Shown here piece after piece: positions 15,671 to 24,000 of a stretch of 24,000 nt of DNA. The stretch is from Paenibacillus uliginis N3/975 (GTDB lineage: Bacteria; Bacillota; Bacilli; Paenibacillales; Paenibacillaceae): assembly GCF_900177425.1 (NCBI RefSeq), contig NZ_LT840184.1, positions 395,838 to 419,837 on the forward strand. Reading direction: 5' to 3'. The position numbers and the translations under genes were made by a program. The first letter of the stretch is position 1, and every line of letters starts with the position of its first letter. The notes under the pieces were generated by a model. It saw only the letters and a program-made list of their open reading frames with translations. It was not told the DNA's origin and did not search any database.

Positions 15671-15706
15671 GAGCCTTCACCCGTGAATAGCGGGGGGAGG
15701 CTCTTT
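15671..15706 (+). terminator. Probable terminator after hpf (weak U-tract)
   Basis: A 13-position stem with one mismatch, GAGCCTTCACCCG pairing with CGGGGGGAGGCTC, has a 7-nt loop. It is followed only by TTTATAC. Confidence 0.5.
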
Positions 15707-15737
15707 ATACGTATATAAGAAGAGATCGCTTAATGTG

Positions 15738-15766
15738 TTGCGGCATCTCTTACAAACTGTTACAAT
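15738..15766 (+). promoter_or_regulatory. Candidate sigma-A promoter for secA
   Basis: TTGCGG (15738-15743), a 17-nt spacer, then TACAAT (15761-15766) with TG at -15/-14. It would leave a ~150-nt leader before the secA ATG. Confidence 0.45.
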
Positions 15767-15916
15767 TTATGCAAACAAACTAATCCGGCAGGTATGTTTT
15801 TGTCTGCCAGGAATGAAAATTTTTCATTTAGTTTCAATGAATCGATTTCATCATACAACCCTTTGGCACTTAATGAAGTTGATTCTATCATCTGTTTTGC
15901 ACGAAAGGGGTTAACC

Positions 15917-18424
15917 ATGCTAGGACTTGTCAAAAAGATCTTCGGCGACACCAACGAGCGCGATGTCAAACGTCTCATGAAGACAGTCGATGTAATTAAC
16001 AAAAAGGAACCGGAATTCGAGGCGCTCTCGGATGAACAGCTTAAAGCGAAAACCGAGGAGTTCCGTGCGCGGATCGAAAAGGGTGAGACGCTGGATGAGT
16101 TGCTTCCAGAAGCGTTTGCGACAGTCCGTGAAACCTCCAAACGGACACTGGGCAAGCGTCATTATGACGTTCAACTAGTTGGAGGGATGGCCCTCCATGA
16201 AGGCAGAATTGCAGAGATGAAGACCGGGGAAGGGAAGACGCTTGTAGGAACCTTGCCGGTTTATTTAAATGCGCTTCTTGGCAAAGGTGTACACGTGGTT
16301 ACCGTCAATGACTATTTGGCGTCACGTGATAGTGAAGAAATGGCGCAGATATATAATTTCTTGGGCATGACGGTTGGGGTTAACCTGAGCGGCATGGACC
16401 ATGCGTATAAACAAGAAGCTTATGCTTGCGATATTACGTACGGAACTAACAACGAGTTCGGGTTCGATTACCTGCGTGATAATATGGTGCTTTATAAAGA
16501 GCAGATGGTACAGCGTCCGCTTCATTTTTGCATTATTGACGAAGTGGATTCCATTTTGGTCGACGAAGCCCGTACCCCGCTCATCATTTCGGGACAAGCC
16601 CAGAAATCGACGGAGTTGTACTATGCGGCTGACCGTTTTGTAAAGCGTCTCGATGCGGAAGAGGACTACACGGTGGATATTAAAGTTAAAGCCGTTTCTC
16701 TTACGGAAAAAGGTGTGGCTAAAGCGGAACGCGCCTTCGGGATCGACAACCTGTATGACCACAACCATGTCACGTTGAACCACCATGTGGTTCAAGCGCT
16801 GAAAGCAAATGTCATTATGCGCCTTGATGTGGATTATGTTGTAACGGAAGATGAAGTTGTAATCGTTGACGAATTTACGGGCCGTCTGATGGCAGGACGC
16901 CGCTACAGCGACGGATTGCACCAGGCGATCGAAGCCAAAGAAGGCATTGAGGTTCAGAACGAGAGTATGACGCTTGCTACAATTACGTTCCAGAACTACT
17001 TCCGTATGTACCGCAAGCTGGCTGGTATGACCGGTACAGCGAAGACGGAGGAAGAAGAGTTTAAGAAGATTTATGGCCTTGAAGTACTTCAAGTCCCTAC
17101 GAACAAGCCGAACCAACGGGTTGATATGCCGGATGTCGTGTACAAGAGCGAAGAAGGCAAGTTTAGGGCGGCTGTGGTCGAGATCGTGGAGCGCCATAAG
17201 AAGAATCAGCCAATACTGGTTGGTACGGTATCCATCGAGAACTCCGAACGTTTGTCAGATATGCTGAAGCGTAAAGGCGTACAGCACAAAGTGTTAAATG
17301 CTAAGTACCATGCGGAAGAAGCGGAGATTATTTCCCACGCTGGTCAGCCGGGCTCTGTAACGATCGCCACCAACATGGCGGGACGTGGTACGGATATCCT
17401 GCTTGGGGAAGGCGTACAGGAAGTAGGCGGTCTGCACATCATCGGTACGGAACGCCACGAATCCCGTCGTATTGATAACCAGCTTCGCGGCCGTGCCGGT
17501 CGTCAGGGTGACCCGGGTTCGACCCAGTTCTACCTGTCTCTTGGCGATGAACTGATGAAGCGTTTTGGTACGGATAATGTATTGAATATGATGGAACGCC
17601 TCGGTTTTGAGGAAGACCAGCCGATTGAGAGCAAGATGATTACCCGTGCTGTAGAATCCGCTCAGAAGCGTGTTGAAGGTAATAACTTTGATGTTCGTAA
17701 AGTCGTCCTTCAGTATGATGACGTGATGAACCAGCAACGGGAAATTATTTATAAGCAGCGCCGCGAGATCTTGGAATCCGAAGATATCAAACAGATTGTC
17801 ATTGATATGATTAAACCGGTCATTGACCGTGTCGTTGATGCACACTGTAGCGATGATATTCCGGAGAACTGGGAACTGCAGGAAGTTGCGGATTACATGA
17901 ACAGCAAACTTCTTGATGAAGGTGTTGTAACACGTGACGAGCTGTGGGGTAAGGAATCTAATGAAATTTCCGAACACCTCTTCGAGCGCGTGATGCAGAA
18001 GTACAAAGAGCGTGAGCAATCCATCGGCGAAGAGCTGGTGCGTGAGTTCGAAAAAGTTATCGTGCTTCGTGCCGTAGACAGCAAGTGGATGGACCATATC
18101 GACGCGATGGATCAGCTTCGCCAAGGTATTCATCTTCGTGCTTACGGCGGTACAGATCCGCTTCGCGAGTATCAGTTCGAAGGATTCGAGATGTTTAATG
18201 CGATGATCGCTAGCATCCAAGAAGAAGTGTCGACATATATCATGAAGGCACATATCGAGACCAACCAGGAGCGCCAGGCGGTTGTGGAAGAGAGCAAGGT
18301 ATCCACGAACGGTGAGCCAGCCGAGAAACGTCCTGTTCAGGTTGCTGATCAAATCGGGCGCAACGATCTTTGTCCATGCGGTAGCGGTAAGAAGTACAAG
18401 CATTGCCATGGACAGAACGCATAA
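15917..18424 (+). CDS. secA: Preprotein translocase ATPase SecA
   Basis: The N-terminus is [20 protein letters not shown]. Walker A is MKTGEGKT, and the DEAD-like motif is [20 protein letters not shown]. The C-terminal zinc motif is [14 protein letters not shown]. The protein is 835 aa from the ATG at 15917 (SD AAAGGGG). The 41-codon extension in the ORF track is not supported. Confidence 0.97.
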   Translation: MLGLVKKIFGDTNERDVKRLMKTVDVINKKEPEFEALSDEQLKAKTEEFRARIEKGETLDELLPEAFATVRETSKRTLGKRHYDVQLVGGMALHEGRIAEMKTGEGKTLVGTLPVYLNALLGKGVHVVTVNDYLASRDSEEMAQIYNFLGMTVGVNLSGMDHAYKQEAYACDITYGTNNEFGFDYLRDNMVLYKEQMVQRPLHFCIIDEVDSILVDEARTPLIISGQAQKSTELYYAADRFVKRLDAEEDYTVDIKVKAVSLTEKGVAKAERAFGIDNLYDHNHVTLNHHVVQALKANVIMRLDVDYVVTEDEVVIVDEFTGRLMAGRRYSDGLHQAIEAKEGIEVQNESMTLATITFQNYFRMYRKLAGMTGTAKTEEEEFKKIYGLEVLQVPTNKPNQRVDMPDVVYKSEEGKFRAAVVEIVERHKKNQPILVGTVSIENSERLSDMLKRKGVQHKVLNAKYHAEEAEIISHAGQPGSVTIATNMAGRGTDILLGEGVQEVGGLHIIGTERHESRRIDNQLRGRAGRQGDPGSTQFYLSLGDELMKRFGTDNVLNMMERLGFEEDQPIESKMITRAVESAQKRVEGNNFDVRKVVLQYDDVMNQQREIIYKQRREILESEDIKQIVIDMIKPVIDRVVDAHCSDDIPENWELQEVADYMNSKLLDEGVVTRDELWGKESNEISEHLFERVMQKYKEREQSIGEELVREFEKVIVLRAVDSKWMDHIDAMDQLRQGIHLRAYGGTDPLREYQFEGFEMFNAMIASIQEEVSTYIMKAHIETNQERQAVVEESKVSTNGEPAEKRPVQVADQIGRNDLCPCGSGKKYKHCHGQNA

Positions 18425-18721
18425 GGTATCAATTAAATAGTTAGGCGTACTGCTGTGACTAGCGGTACAATCATAGACTCCCTTGAGAGTAAACAAGGGA
18501 ATACCGGGATGGCTTTAATGCGCATCAGGTATTCCCCTGTGCATTCTTAAGGGAGTTGTTCTGAAGAAAAAAGAAAATACGGTGTATGAGAAATGGTCTC
18601 CATCTGCCTGAATTGAACTCACGTGGAACCCCATATCCATCCCTCCCGATTGGCCCAAGAACGTTTTTCCTGGTATGAAGGGTATAATGAACTTATAAGT
18701 GAAAAGAAAGGACGAGGTGTC

Positions 18722-19835
18722 ATGATCGATCCAAGTGTGAGGCAGGACCTACGTGAAATTAGCAAGAAATTAACCAATCTTAGGGGGTCTCTTTGACTTA
18801 GATCTTAAGCAGGAAATGATTGCGAACTTCGAAGAGAAGATGGCCGCTCCCGATTTCTGGGACGATAACGAAAAGGCGCAGAGTCTCATTGCTGAGATGA
18901 ATGCCGTGAAATCAAGTGTGGATCAGTATGAGAAGTTGCAGCAGGATTATGATGATGCGGTTGTTATGATTGAATTGGCTGATGAAGAGGGAGACGACAC
19001 CCTAAGCGGCGAAATTGGAGAGTCCATTAAAGAAATCGTGCGGCGTGTCGAAGAGTTCGAACTGCAACAGCTGCTGAACCAACCTTATGATAAGTTAAAT
19101 GCCATCTTGGAGCTCCATCCCGGTGCAGGCGGAACGGAGTCACAAGACTGGGGACAGATGCTGCTCCGTATGTATACCCGCTGGGCCGAAAAACGCGGCT
19201 TTAAGGTGGAAACACTTGATTATTTGCCGGGTGATGAAGCGGGAATCAAGAGTGTCACGCTCCTTATTAAAGGCTACAATGCCTATGGCTATCTGAAGGC
19301 TGAGAAAGGTGTACACCGTCTTGTTCGTATTTCGCCTTTTGATTCCTCGGGCCGCCGTCACACCTCCTTCGTATCCTGTGATGTCGTACCGGAAATTACG
19401 GACGATGTGGACATTGAAATCCGTACTGAAGATCTGAAAATAGACACCTACCGTGCCAGCGGCGCGGGTGGTCAACATATCAATACAACAGACTCTGCGG
19501 TACGGATTACGCACTTGCCGACTGGTGTTGTAGTAACCTGCCAGAATGAGCGTTCCCAGATTAAAAACCGTGAACAAGCCATGACGATGCTCCGTTCCAA
19601 GCTATATGAGCGCAAGATTGAGGAGCAGCAACAGCAGTTGGCTGAAATCCGTGGTGAGCAATCGGAAATTGCCTGGGGTAGTCAAATCCGTTCTTATGTA
19701 TTCCATCCGTACAGCATGGTTAAGGATCACCGGACTCAGGTGGAGACCGGGAATGTAGGTGCTGTAATGGACGGCGATCTGGACGGCTTTATCGATGGAT
19801 ACCTGCGCAGTCAGATTAAGCAGGATGTGGAGTAA
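18722..19835 (+). CDS. prfB: Peptide chain release factor 2, expressed via a programmed +1 ribosomal frameshift: join(18722..18793, 18795..19835)
   Basis: ORF0 reads [24 protein letters not shown] and ends at an in-frame UGA (18794-18796). The +1 frame continues [16 protein letters not shown]. The protein has the SPF tripeptide ([15 protein letters not shown]) and GGQ ([17 protein letters not shown]). Confidence 0.96.
18779..18797 (+). promoter_or_regulatory. prfB +1 frameshift cassette: internal SD-like AGGGGG, a 3-nt spacer, then the slippery CUU UGA C
   Basis: The sequence CTT AGG GGG TCT CTT TGA C matches the classical autoregulatory RF2 frameshift site (E. coli AGG GGG TAT CTT TGA C). 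Confidence 0.92.
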
Positions 19836-19853
19836 GAGGAGAATGTAACCATC

Positions 19854-20744
19854 ATGGCCCAATCTGTACGCACTAAACGAAGAGAACCACTCATTCCGGT
19901 AAACGGCCCGGTCCGTCAATTGGCTGACACGCTGTTTATCATTGTAGGTTCGTTTATTATGGCACTATCGTTTAATTCATTTTTCCTCCCGAACCGCATC
20001 GCTTCTGGCGGTGTCTCGGGAATATCTGTTCTGCTAGAAGCTCTCTTCGGCATTCAGCCGGCGTATACGCAATGGATGTTCAATATTCCGCTTTTTGTAC
20101 TTGGCTTTTGGCTGCTGGGACGGGAATACGGAATTCGATCGCTGCTTGGCAGTGTGGTTTTGCCACTGTTTGTTTTCATAACTAAGGACTGGGTCGAGCC
20201 TACTTCGAACCCTCTCCTCGCCTCCATTTTCGGAGGGATTGGTGTGGGCACCGGAATCGGTCTTGTCTACCGGGGGCGCGGTTCTACCGGTGGGCTTATG
20301 ATCGTGGCGCAGATTGTGCAAAAATACAGCGGACTCAGCTTCTCCTTCTGTGTTGTGATGCTTGACGCGCTTGTCATTAGTTCGGCGGCGTTGGTGCTGT
20401 CGCTGGAACAGGCGCTGTACGCATTAATTGCTCTGTACGTCACAGGCAAAATTATTGATACAATCGAGCTTGGCTTTAGCTATACGAAGGTCGCTTACAT
20501 TATCTCGGATCATACAGAGCCGATTACGAAGGCTATCCTGCATGATTTGGACCGTGGTCTCACCAAGCTGAACGCCGAGGGAGGATATACCGGGGAAAAC
20601 CGGACAGTGCTCATGGTCGTTGTGGGCCAGAGTGAAATCCCAAGGCTAAAGACATTGGTGCAATTTGTCGATCCGGATGCTTTTGTTATTATCAGCAAAG
20701 CCCATGAGGTGCTCGGTGAAGGCTTCCAGAAGGTTAAAGCCTGA
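19854..20744 (+). CDS. YitT-family (UPF0750) integral membrane protein with a C-terminal DUF2179 domain
   Basis: FIIVGSFIMALSFNSFFLPNRIASGGVSGISVLL is the family signature, and there are multiple TM segments. The C-terminal soluble domain reads GYTGENRTVLMVVVGQSEIPRLKTLVQFVDPDAFVIISKAHEVLGEGF. It sits directly after prfB, the position I recall yvjA holding in B. subtilis. Confidence 0.85.
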   Translation: MAQSVRTKRREPLIPVNGPVRQLADTLFIIVGSFIMALSFNSFFLPNRIASGGVSGISVLLEALFGIQPAYTQWMFNIPLFVLGFWLLGREYGIRSLLGSVVLPLFVFITKDWVEPTSNPLLASIFGGIGVGTGIGLVYRGRGSTGGLMIVAQIVQKYSGLSFSFCVVMLDALVISSAALVLSLEQALYALIALYVTGKIIDTIELGFSYTKVAYIISDHTEPITKAILHDLDRGLTKLNAEGGYTGENRTVLMVVVGQSEIPRLKTLVQFVDPDAFVIISKAHEVLGEGFQKVKA

Positions 20745-21306
20745 TTGCAATGTCGACACATCCTTGTCTGCGTTAGATTGTTGGTTTATAGTCTATCGTA
20801 TTGGGGATACCTGACTAAAAGGGCAGTGGGCGTACATTAGTCTAGTGAAGTTAACAATCAAGAACGATGTTCCTGAAGTGGGTTAAAAGGGATAATCGAG
20901 GTACACACCATAGATTTTAAAATCAAAAACAGGTCAGTCAAGGATTTATCCTTGTCTGGCCCGTTTTGTGTAGTTCATCGTATGATTTTAAGTCGATTGC
21001 GGGCGAGTAAAGTCCAGTCCAGGTAGATCAAAGATTTAAAAGTCTTCAACAGAGAAGGCGGAATTATTTTGGAGAAGCGTAGAGGTCGCCCGAAAGCTTT
21101 CCACAGGAAAGCTCGCATCGTAAGCATAAGCTGTCCCCGGATTTCAACGATGGTATAAATACATAAAAGAAATTTGGGGGCAAGAGCGATCGTAAGAATA
21201 ATCCGCATTCGTAGTGATGCTCAAGCTAAGAATCATTAATTCAACTTTTGTAGATGAAGAAGATTGTAGGAATGATTCGTTCTCACAGCGTCTCCTAACA
21301 CAAAGA

Positions 21307-21358
21307 GAGGGTATCCCTAAGGTCTTTGAACCTTTTGGGATATTCTCCTTTTATTTTT
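21307..21358 (+). terminator. Terminator-like hairpin with a U-rich tail, 45 nt upstream of the GNAT start (terminator of an unknown transcript, or an attenuator)
   Basis: The stem pairs 21307-21322 with 21331-21347 (GAGGGTATCCCTAAGG with CCTTTTGGGATATTCTC), with a small internal loop and two G-U pairs. The loop is 8 nt. The hairpin is followed by CTTTTATTTTT. Confidence 0.45.
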
Positions 21359-21403
21359 GCGAGCACACGATATAATGATAACTAATCTATTGGGGGTGTC
21401 GAT

Positions 21404-21973
21404 ATGGAAATCAAAGAAATATATGGTAACCTTCCGCAGCTTCAAACTGAACGGTTACTTCTAAGGAAAATAACAATGCAGGATGCCGAGGATATGTTTG
21501 CCTATGCATCAGACGAGGATGTGTCCAGATACGTTACTTGGGATACACATCGGACGATCGAGGATAGTAAAGGTTTCATTCATTTTATTGAACAACAGTA
21601 TGACAATGGGGCATTAGCTCCTTGGGCCATAGAAGATAAGGAAAGCGGCCGGATGATCGGGACGGTCGATTTTGTTATCTGGAAACCCCAGCATCAACTA
21701 GCGGAGATCGGATACGTGCTGAACAAGGATTACTGGGGCAAGGGCTTAATGGCGGAGGCAGCGGGTGAGCTGCTGCGTTTTGGTTTTATGGAGATGGATC
21801 TGGTCCGTGTTCAGGCGCGATGTTTTGCTGAAAACATAGGTTCTGGAAGAGTGATGGAGAAGATCGGAATGACATATGAGGGTACTCAGCGTAAAGCCGC
21901 GAAGATTAAAGGGGTGCACTGGGACCTTAGAACATTCGCAATTTTAAAAGAGGAATATGAGTTACAGCTATAA
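21404..21973 (+). CDS. GNAT-family N-acetyltransferase (RimJ/RimL-like)
   Basis: The N-terminus is TERLLLRKITMQDAEDMFAYASDEDVSRYVTW. The acetyl-CoA-binding region is EIGYVLNKDYWGKGLMAEAAGELLRFGF. The C-terminal part reads VQARCFAENIGSGRVMEKIGMTYEGTQRK. The SD GGGGGTG lies upstream. Confidence 0.85.
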   Translation: MEIKEIYGNLPQLQTERLLLRKITMQDAEDMFAYASDEDVSRYVTWDTHRTIEDSKGFIHFIEQQYDNGALAPWAIEDKESGRMIGTVDFVIWKPQHQLAEIGYVLNKDYWGKGLMAEAAGELLRFGFMEMDLVRVQARCFAENIGSGRVMEKIGMTYEGTQRKAAKIKGVHWDLRTFAILKEEYELQL

Positions 21974-22033
21974 GGACAAGTCTATTAATTCATTTATGGA
22001 TTCCCATTTTTTAATTTAAATGAAAGATACCTG

Positions 22034-22062
22034 TTGTATTAATATGAATACGGTCGTATAAT
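22034..22062 (+). promoter_or_regulatory. Candidate sigma-A promoter for argC-argJ
   Basis: TTGTAT (22034-22039), a 17-nt spacer, then TATAAT (22057-22062). The surrounding DNA is AT-rich and could hold an ArgR/AhrC operator, but I could not match it convincingly. Confidence 0.5.
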
Positions 22063-22120
22063 AATACATATTTATGAGACGGGATAGTGAAAATCTACCA
22101 GACGCGAGTGGGAGAGAGGG

Positions 22121-23185
22121 ATGGGTATGATGACAGAACAGAAGATTTTGAGAGCTGCGATTGTCGGTTCAACCGGCTATGGAGGGGTGGAGCTGATCCG
22201 ATTGCTTCAGCATCATCCTCAAGTGGAGATTACGTCGGTTATCTCCTCCTCCAGTTCAGGAGTTCCGATATCGGACGGATTTCCTCATTTGACGAATATC
22301 GTGGAACGGAACCTGGACGGTGTCGTACCGGCGGAGATTGCGGAACGGGCGGATGTTGTGTTTACGGCAACGCCGTCAGGCGTTAGTGCCAAGCTGGTGC
22401 CACAGCTGATGGAAGCTGGACTTAAGGTCATTGATCTTTCCGGTGATTTTCGAATCAAGGATGGCAGCGTGTACGAGGAATGGTATAAGCATAAGGCACC
22501 GGATGACGATGTGCTCGCACAAGCGGTATACGGTTTATGTGAAGTGTTCGGGGAAGAGGTTGTGGATGTGGATTTCATCTCGAACCCAGGCTGTTATCCT
22601 ACTGCGACGCTACTTGGTCTGATCCCTGCGATTAGCGCAGGCTGGATTGATCCGGCAAGCATCATCATCGATGCCAAATCAGGTGTGTCCGGAGCGGGAC
22701 GCGGTACCAGCTTGATGGCACACTATGCGGAGATTAATGAGAACTTCAAAGCTTATAAGGTGAATAAGCATCAGCACATTCCAGAGATCGAGCAGGTGTT
22801 GAGCGAAGTGGCCGGTGAAAAGGTGACGGTTACCTTTACGACCCACCTCGCCCCTATGACAAGAGGAATTATGAGTACGATGTACGCCTCCCTTCTGGGC
22901 GCATATACTGAGGAGGATTTTGTAGAGCTGTACCGCCAGTACTACAAGGATCGCCGTTTTGTACGTGTCCGTGATCAAGGCACTTGGCCGGCAACGAAGG
23001 AAGTCAGCGGCTCGAATTATTGCGATATCGGTTTTTCGGTGGATTCCCGGACGGGAAGAGTCACCTTTGTATCCGTAATTGATAATGTGGTGAAGGGCGC
23101 CGCAGGGCAGGCGATCCAGAACCTGAACTTGATGATGGGATGGGAGGAAAGTCTCGGACTTACGTTTACGCCAGTGTATCCGTAA
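22121..23185 (+). CDS. argC: N-acetyl-gamma-glutamyl-phosphate reductase
   Basis: The NAD-binding motif is LRAAIVGSTGYGGVELIRLLQHHP. The catalytic Cys context is ISNPGCYPTA, and the C-terminal motif is IDNVVKGAAGQAIQNLNLMMG. The ATGs at 22127 and 22130 are spaced better from the SD GAGGG than 22121. Confidence 0.95.
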   Translation: MGMMTEQKILRAAIVGSTGYGGVELIRLLQHHPQVEITSVISSSSSGVPISDGFPHLTNIVERNLDGVVPAEIAERADVVFTATPSGVSAKLVPQLMEAGLKVIDLSGDFRIKDGSVYEEWYKHKAPDDDVLAQAVYGLCEVFGEEVVDVDFISNPGCYPTATLLGLIPAISAGWIDPASIIIDAKSGVSGAGRGTSLMAHYAEINENFKAYKVNKHQHIPEIEQVLSEVAGEKVTVTFTTHLAPMTRGIMSTMYASLLGAYTEEDFVELYRQYYKDRRFVRVRDQGTWPATKEVSGSNYCDIGFSVDSRTGRVTFVSVIDNVVKGAAGQAIQNLNLMMGWEESLGLTFTPVYP

Positions 23186-23200
23186 AGATGGGGAAAGCAT

Positions 23201-24000
23201 ATGGGAGAGAGTTTATATACCATCGTAAGCGGTGGAACGATTGTTTCGCCGCAGGGCTTTAAGGCTGGAGGTCTGCACTGCGGACTGAAGAAGACGGATC
23301 GCCATGATCTCGGCGTAATTGTGTGTGATGTACCGGCTGTTGCGGCAGCAGTGTATACAATGAATGTGATCCAGGCGGCTCCGCTGAAGGTAACACGTGA
23401 AAGTCTGCAGAACGGCAAACTCCGTGCAATAGTCGTAAATAGCGGCAACGCCAATGCATGTACTGGTAAGCAAGGGGAAGAGGACGCATATACGATGCGT
23501 TCACAGACGGCGGCACAGTTTGATATCGCCGATGAGGATGTGGCTGTGGCTTCCACCGGTGTCATCGGGGAACTGCTGAAGATGGACCGTGTACGGTCGG
23601 GAATATCTGGACTCCCATCGCGAATCAGTGGTGAAGCCGCTGGTGCCGAGGCGTTCAGCCAGGCTATTTTGACAACAGACCTGGTTAAAAAAGAAGCCTG
23701 CGTCACCGTGAAGGTAGACGGCCGTGATATTACAATTGCAGGGGCAGCTAAAGGCTCGGGGATGATTCACCCGAATATGGCGACGATGCTCGGTTTTGTG
23801 ACAACGGATGTCGTCATCGGACAGGAAGCCCTGCAGCAGCTGCTGCGCGGCACTACCGACCTGACGTTCAACATGATTACGGTGGATGGGGATACAAGCA
23901 CGAACGATATGCTGATTGCCATGGCGAGTGGGCTTGGCGGTAACGATGTTTTGACGCCGGATCATCCGGATTGGAGCGCTTTTGCGGCCGGGTTTGAATA
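23201..24000 (+). CDS. argJ: Bifunctional glutamate N-acetyltransferase / amino-acid acetyltransferase ArgJ, 3' end cut by the window edge (absent from the supplied ORF track)
   Basis: My own translation from the ATG at 23201 (SD GGGGA, 6-nt spacer) gives MGESLYTIVSGGTIVSPQGFKAGGLHCGLKK...VVNSGNANACTG...AKGSGMIHPNMATMLGFVTTD...TVDGDTSTNDM. This includes the autoprocessing ATML site. The frame stays open to nt 24000. Confidence 0.93.
   Translation, partial: MGESLYTIVSGGTIVSPQGFKAGGLHCGLKKTDRHDLGVIVCDVPAVAAAVYTMNVIQAAPLKVTRESLQNGKLRAIVVNSGNANACTGKQGEEDAYTMRSQTAAQFDIADEDVAVASTGVIGELLKMDRVRSGISGLPSRISGEAAGAEAFSQAILTTDLVKKEACVTVKVDGRDITIAGAAKGSGMIHPNMATMLGFVTTDVVIGQEALQQLLRGTTDLTFNMITVDGDTSTNDMLIAMASGLGGNDVLTPDHPDWSAFAAGFE

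Noticed and set aside
16322-18496. Long minus-strand ORFs (291 aa at 16322-17197 and 400 aa at 17294-18496) antisense to secA
   Set aside because: They lie entirely opposite a highly conserved, clearly real gene. They have no SD and give low-complexity, unrecognisable translations. Such ORFs are typical antisense artefacts of a GC-balanced gene.
20975-21208. 77-aa minus-strand ORF in the YitT-GNAT spacer
   Set aside because: There is no SD upstream of its ATG and no recognisable motif. It is kept only as part of the unexplained-spacer finding.
22040-22078. Possible ArgR/AhrC ARG boxes overlapping the argC promoter (ATATGAATACGGTCGTAT; AATACATATTTATGAG)
   Set aside because: Only one half-site (TGAATA) matches the ARG-box consensus TNTGAATWWWWATTCANW. 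The rest is generic AT-rich sequence, so I cannot support an operator call by eye.
22087-22386. 99-aa ORF overlapping the argC start in another frame
   Set aside because: It overlaps the conserved argC frame, and its translation is Gly/Arg/Cys-rich, typical of an off-frame reading.
23017-23965. Minus-strand ORFs (229, 86, 85 and 154 aa) at the right end of the window
   Set aside because: They are antisense to argC and argJ. The argJ + strand reading frame gives an unmistakable ArgJ sequence (KGSGMIHPNMATML) but is absent from the ORF track because it has no stop in the window.
1-24000. CRISPR arrays, tRNA or rRNA genes, and transposase/IS elements
   Set aside because: I saw no regularly spaced repeats, no cloverleaf-like or rRNA-like sequence, and no transposase-like ORF. 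The only mobile element supported is the group II intron.

Overview
This window looks like a Bacillales chromosome, probably Paenibacillus-like. That is inferred from the hpf-secA-prfB-YitT gene order and from core genes that look about 50% GC by eye. It has two contrasting halves.

(1) Nt 1-12.3 kb is a visibly AT-rich surface-glycan island. On the + strand it carries:
- a 5'-truncated formyltransferase-family gene
- a decayed relic of a hexapeptide acetyltransferase
- an EpsN/PglE-like aminotransferase
- a tightly packed operon: rfbH (E1 3-dehydrase with an extra ~80-aa N-terminal domain), rfbF, rfbG, a relic of an SDR N-terminus, an acetolactate-synthase-like ThDP enzyme, a DmpF-like acylating acetaldehyde dehydrogenase, a DmpG-like 4-hydroxy-2-oxovalerate aldolase, and a very AT-rich SDR

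The island ends at a bidirectional terminator and a convergent 620-aa GT2 multidomain protein.

The combination of a CDP-3,6-dideoxyhexose core, a YerE-like carboligase and a DmpFG pair is the most unusual content. I propose, as inference only, that it makes a C-branched sugar with an extended branch.

(2) Nt 12.5-24 kb carries core genes:
- cspB and its terminator
- a class-C-like group II intron inserted directly after that terminator, with its RT/maturase broken by a 1-nt frameshift
- hpf and secA
- prfB with the classical +1 programmed frameshift
- a YitT-family membrane protein
- a 660-bp unexplained spacer ending in a terminator-like hairpin
- a RimJ-like GNAT, argC, and 3'-truncated argJ (missing from the ORF track)

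No CRISPR array, rRNA or tRNA was seen.
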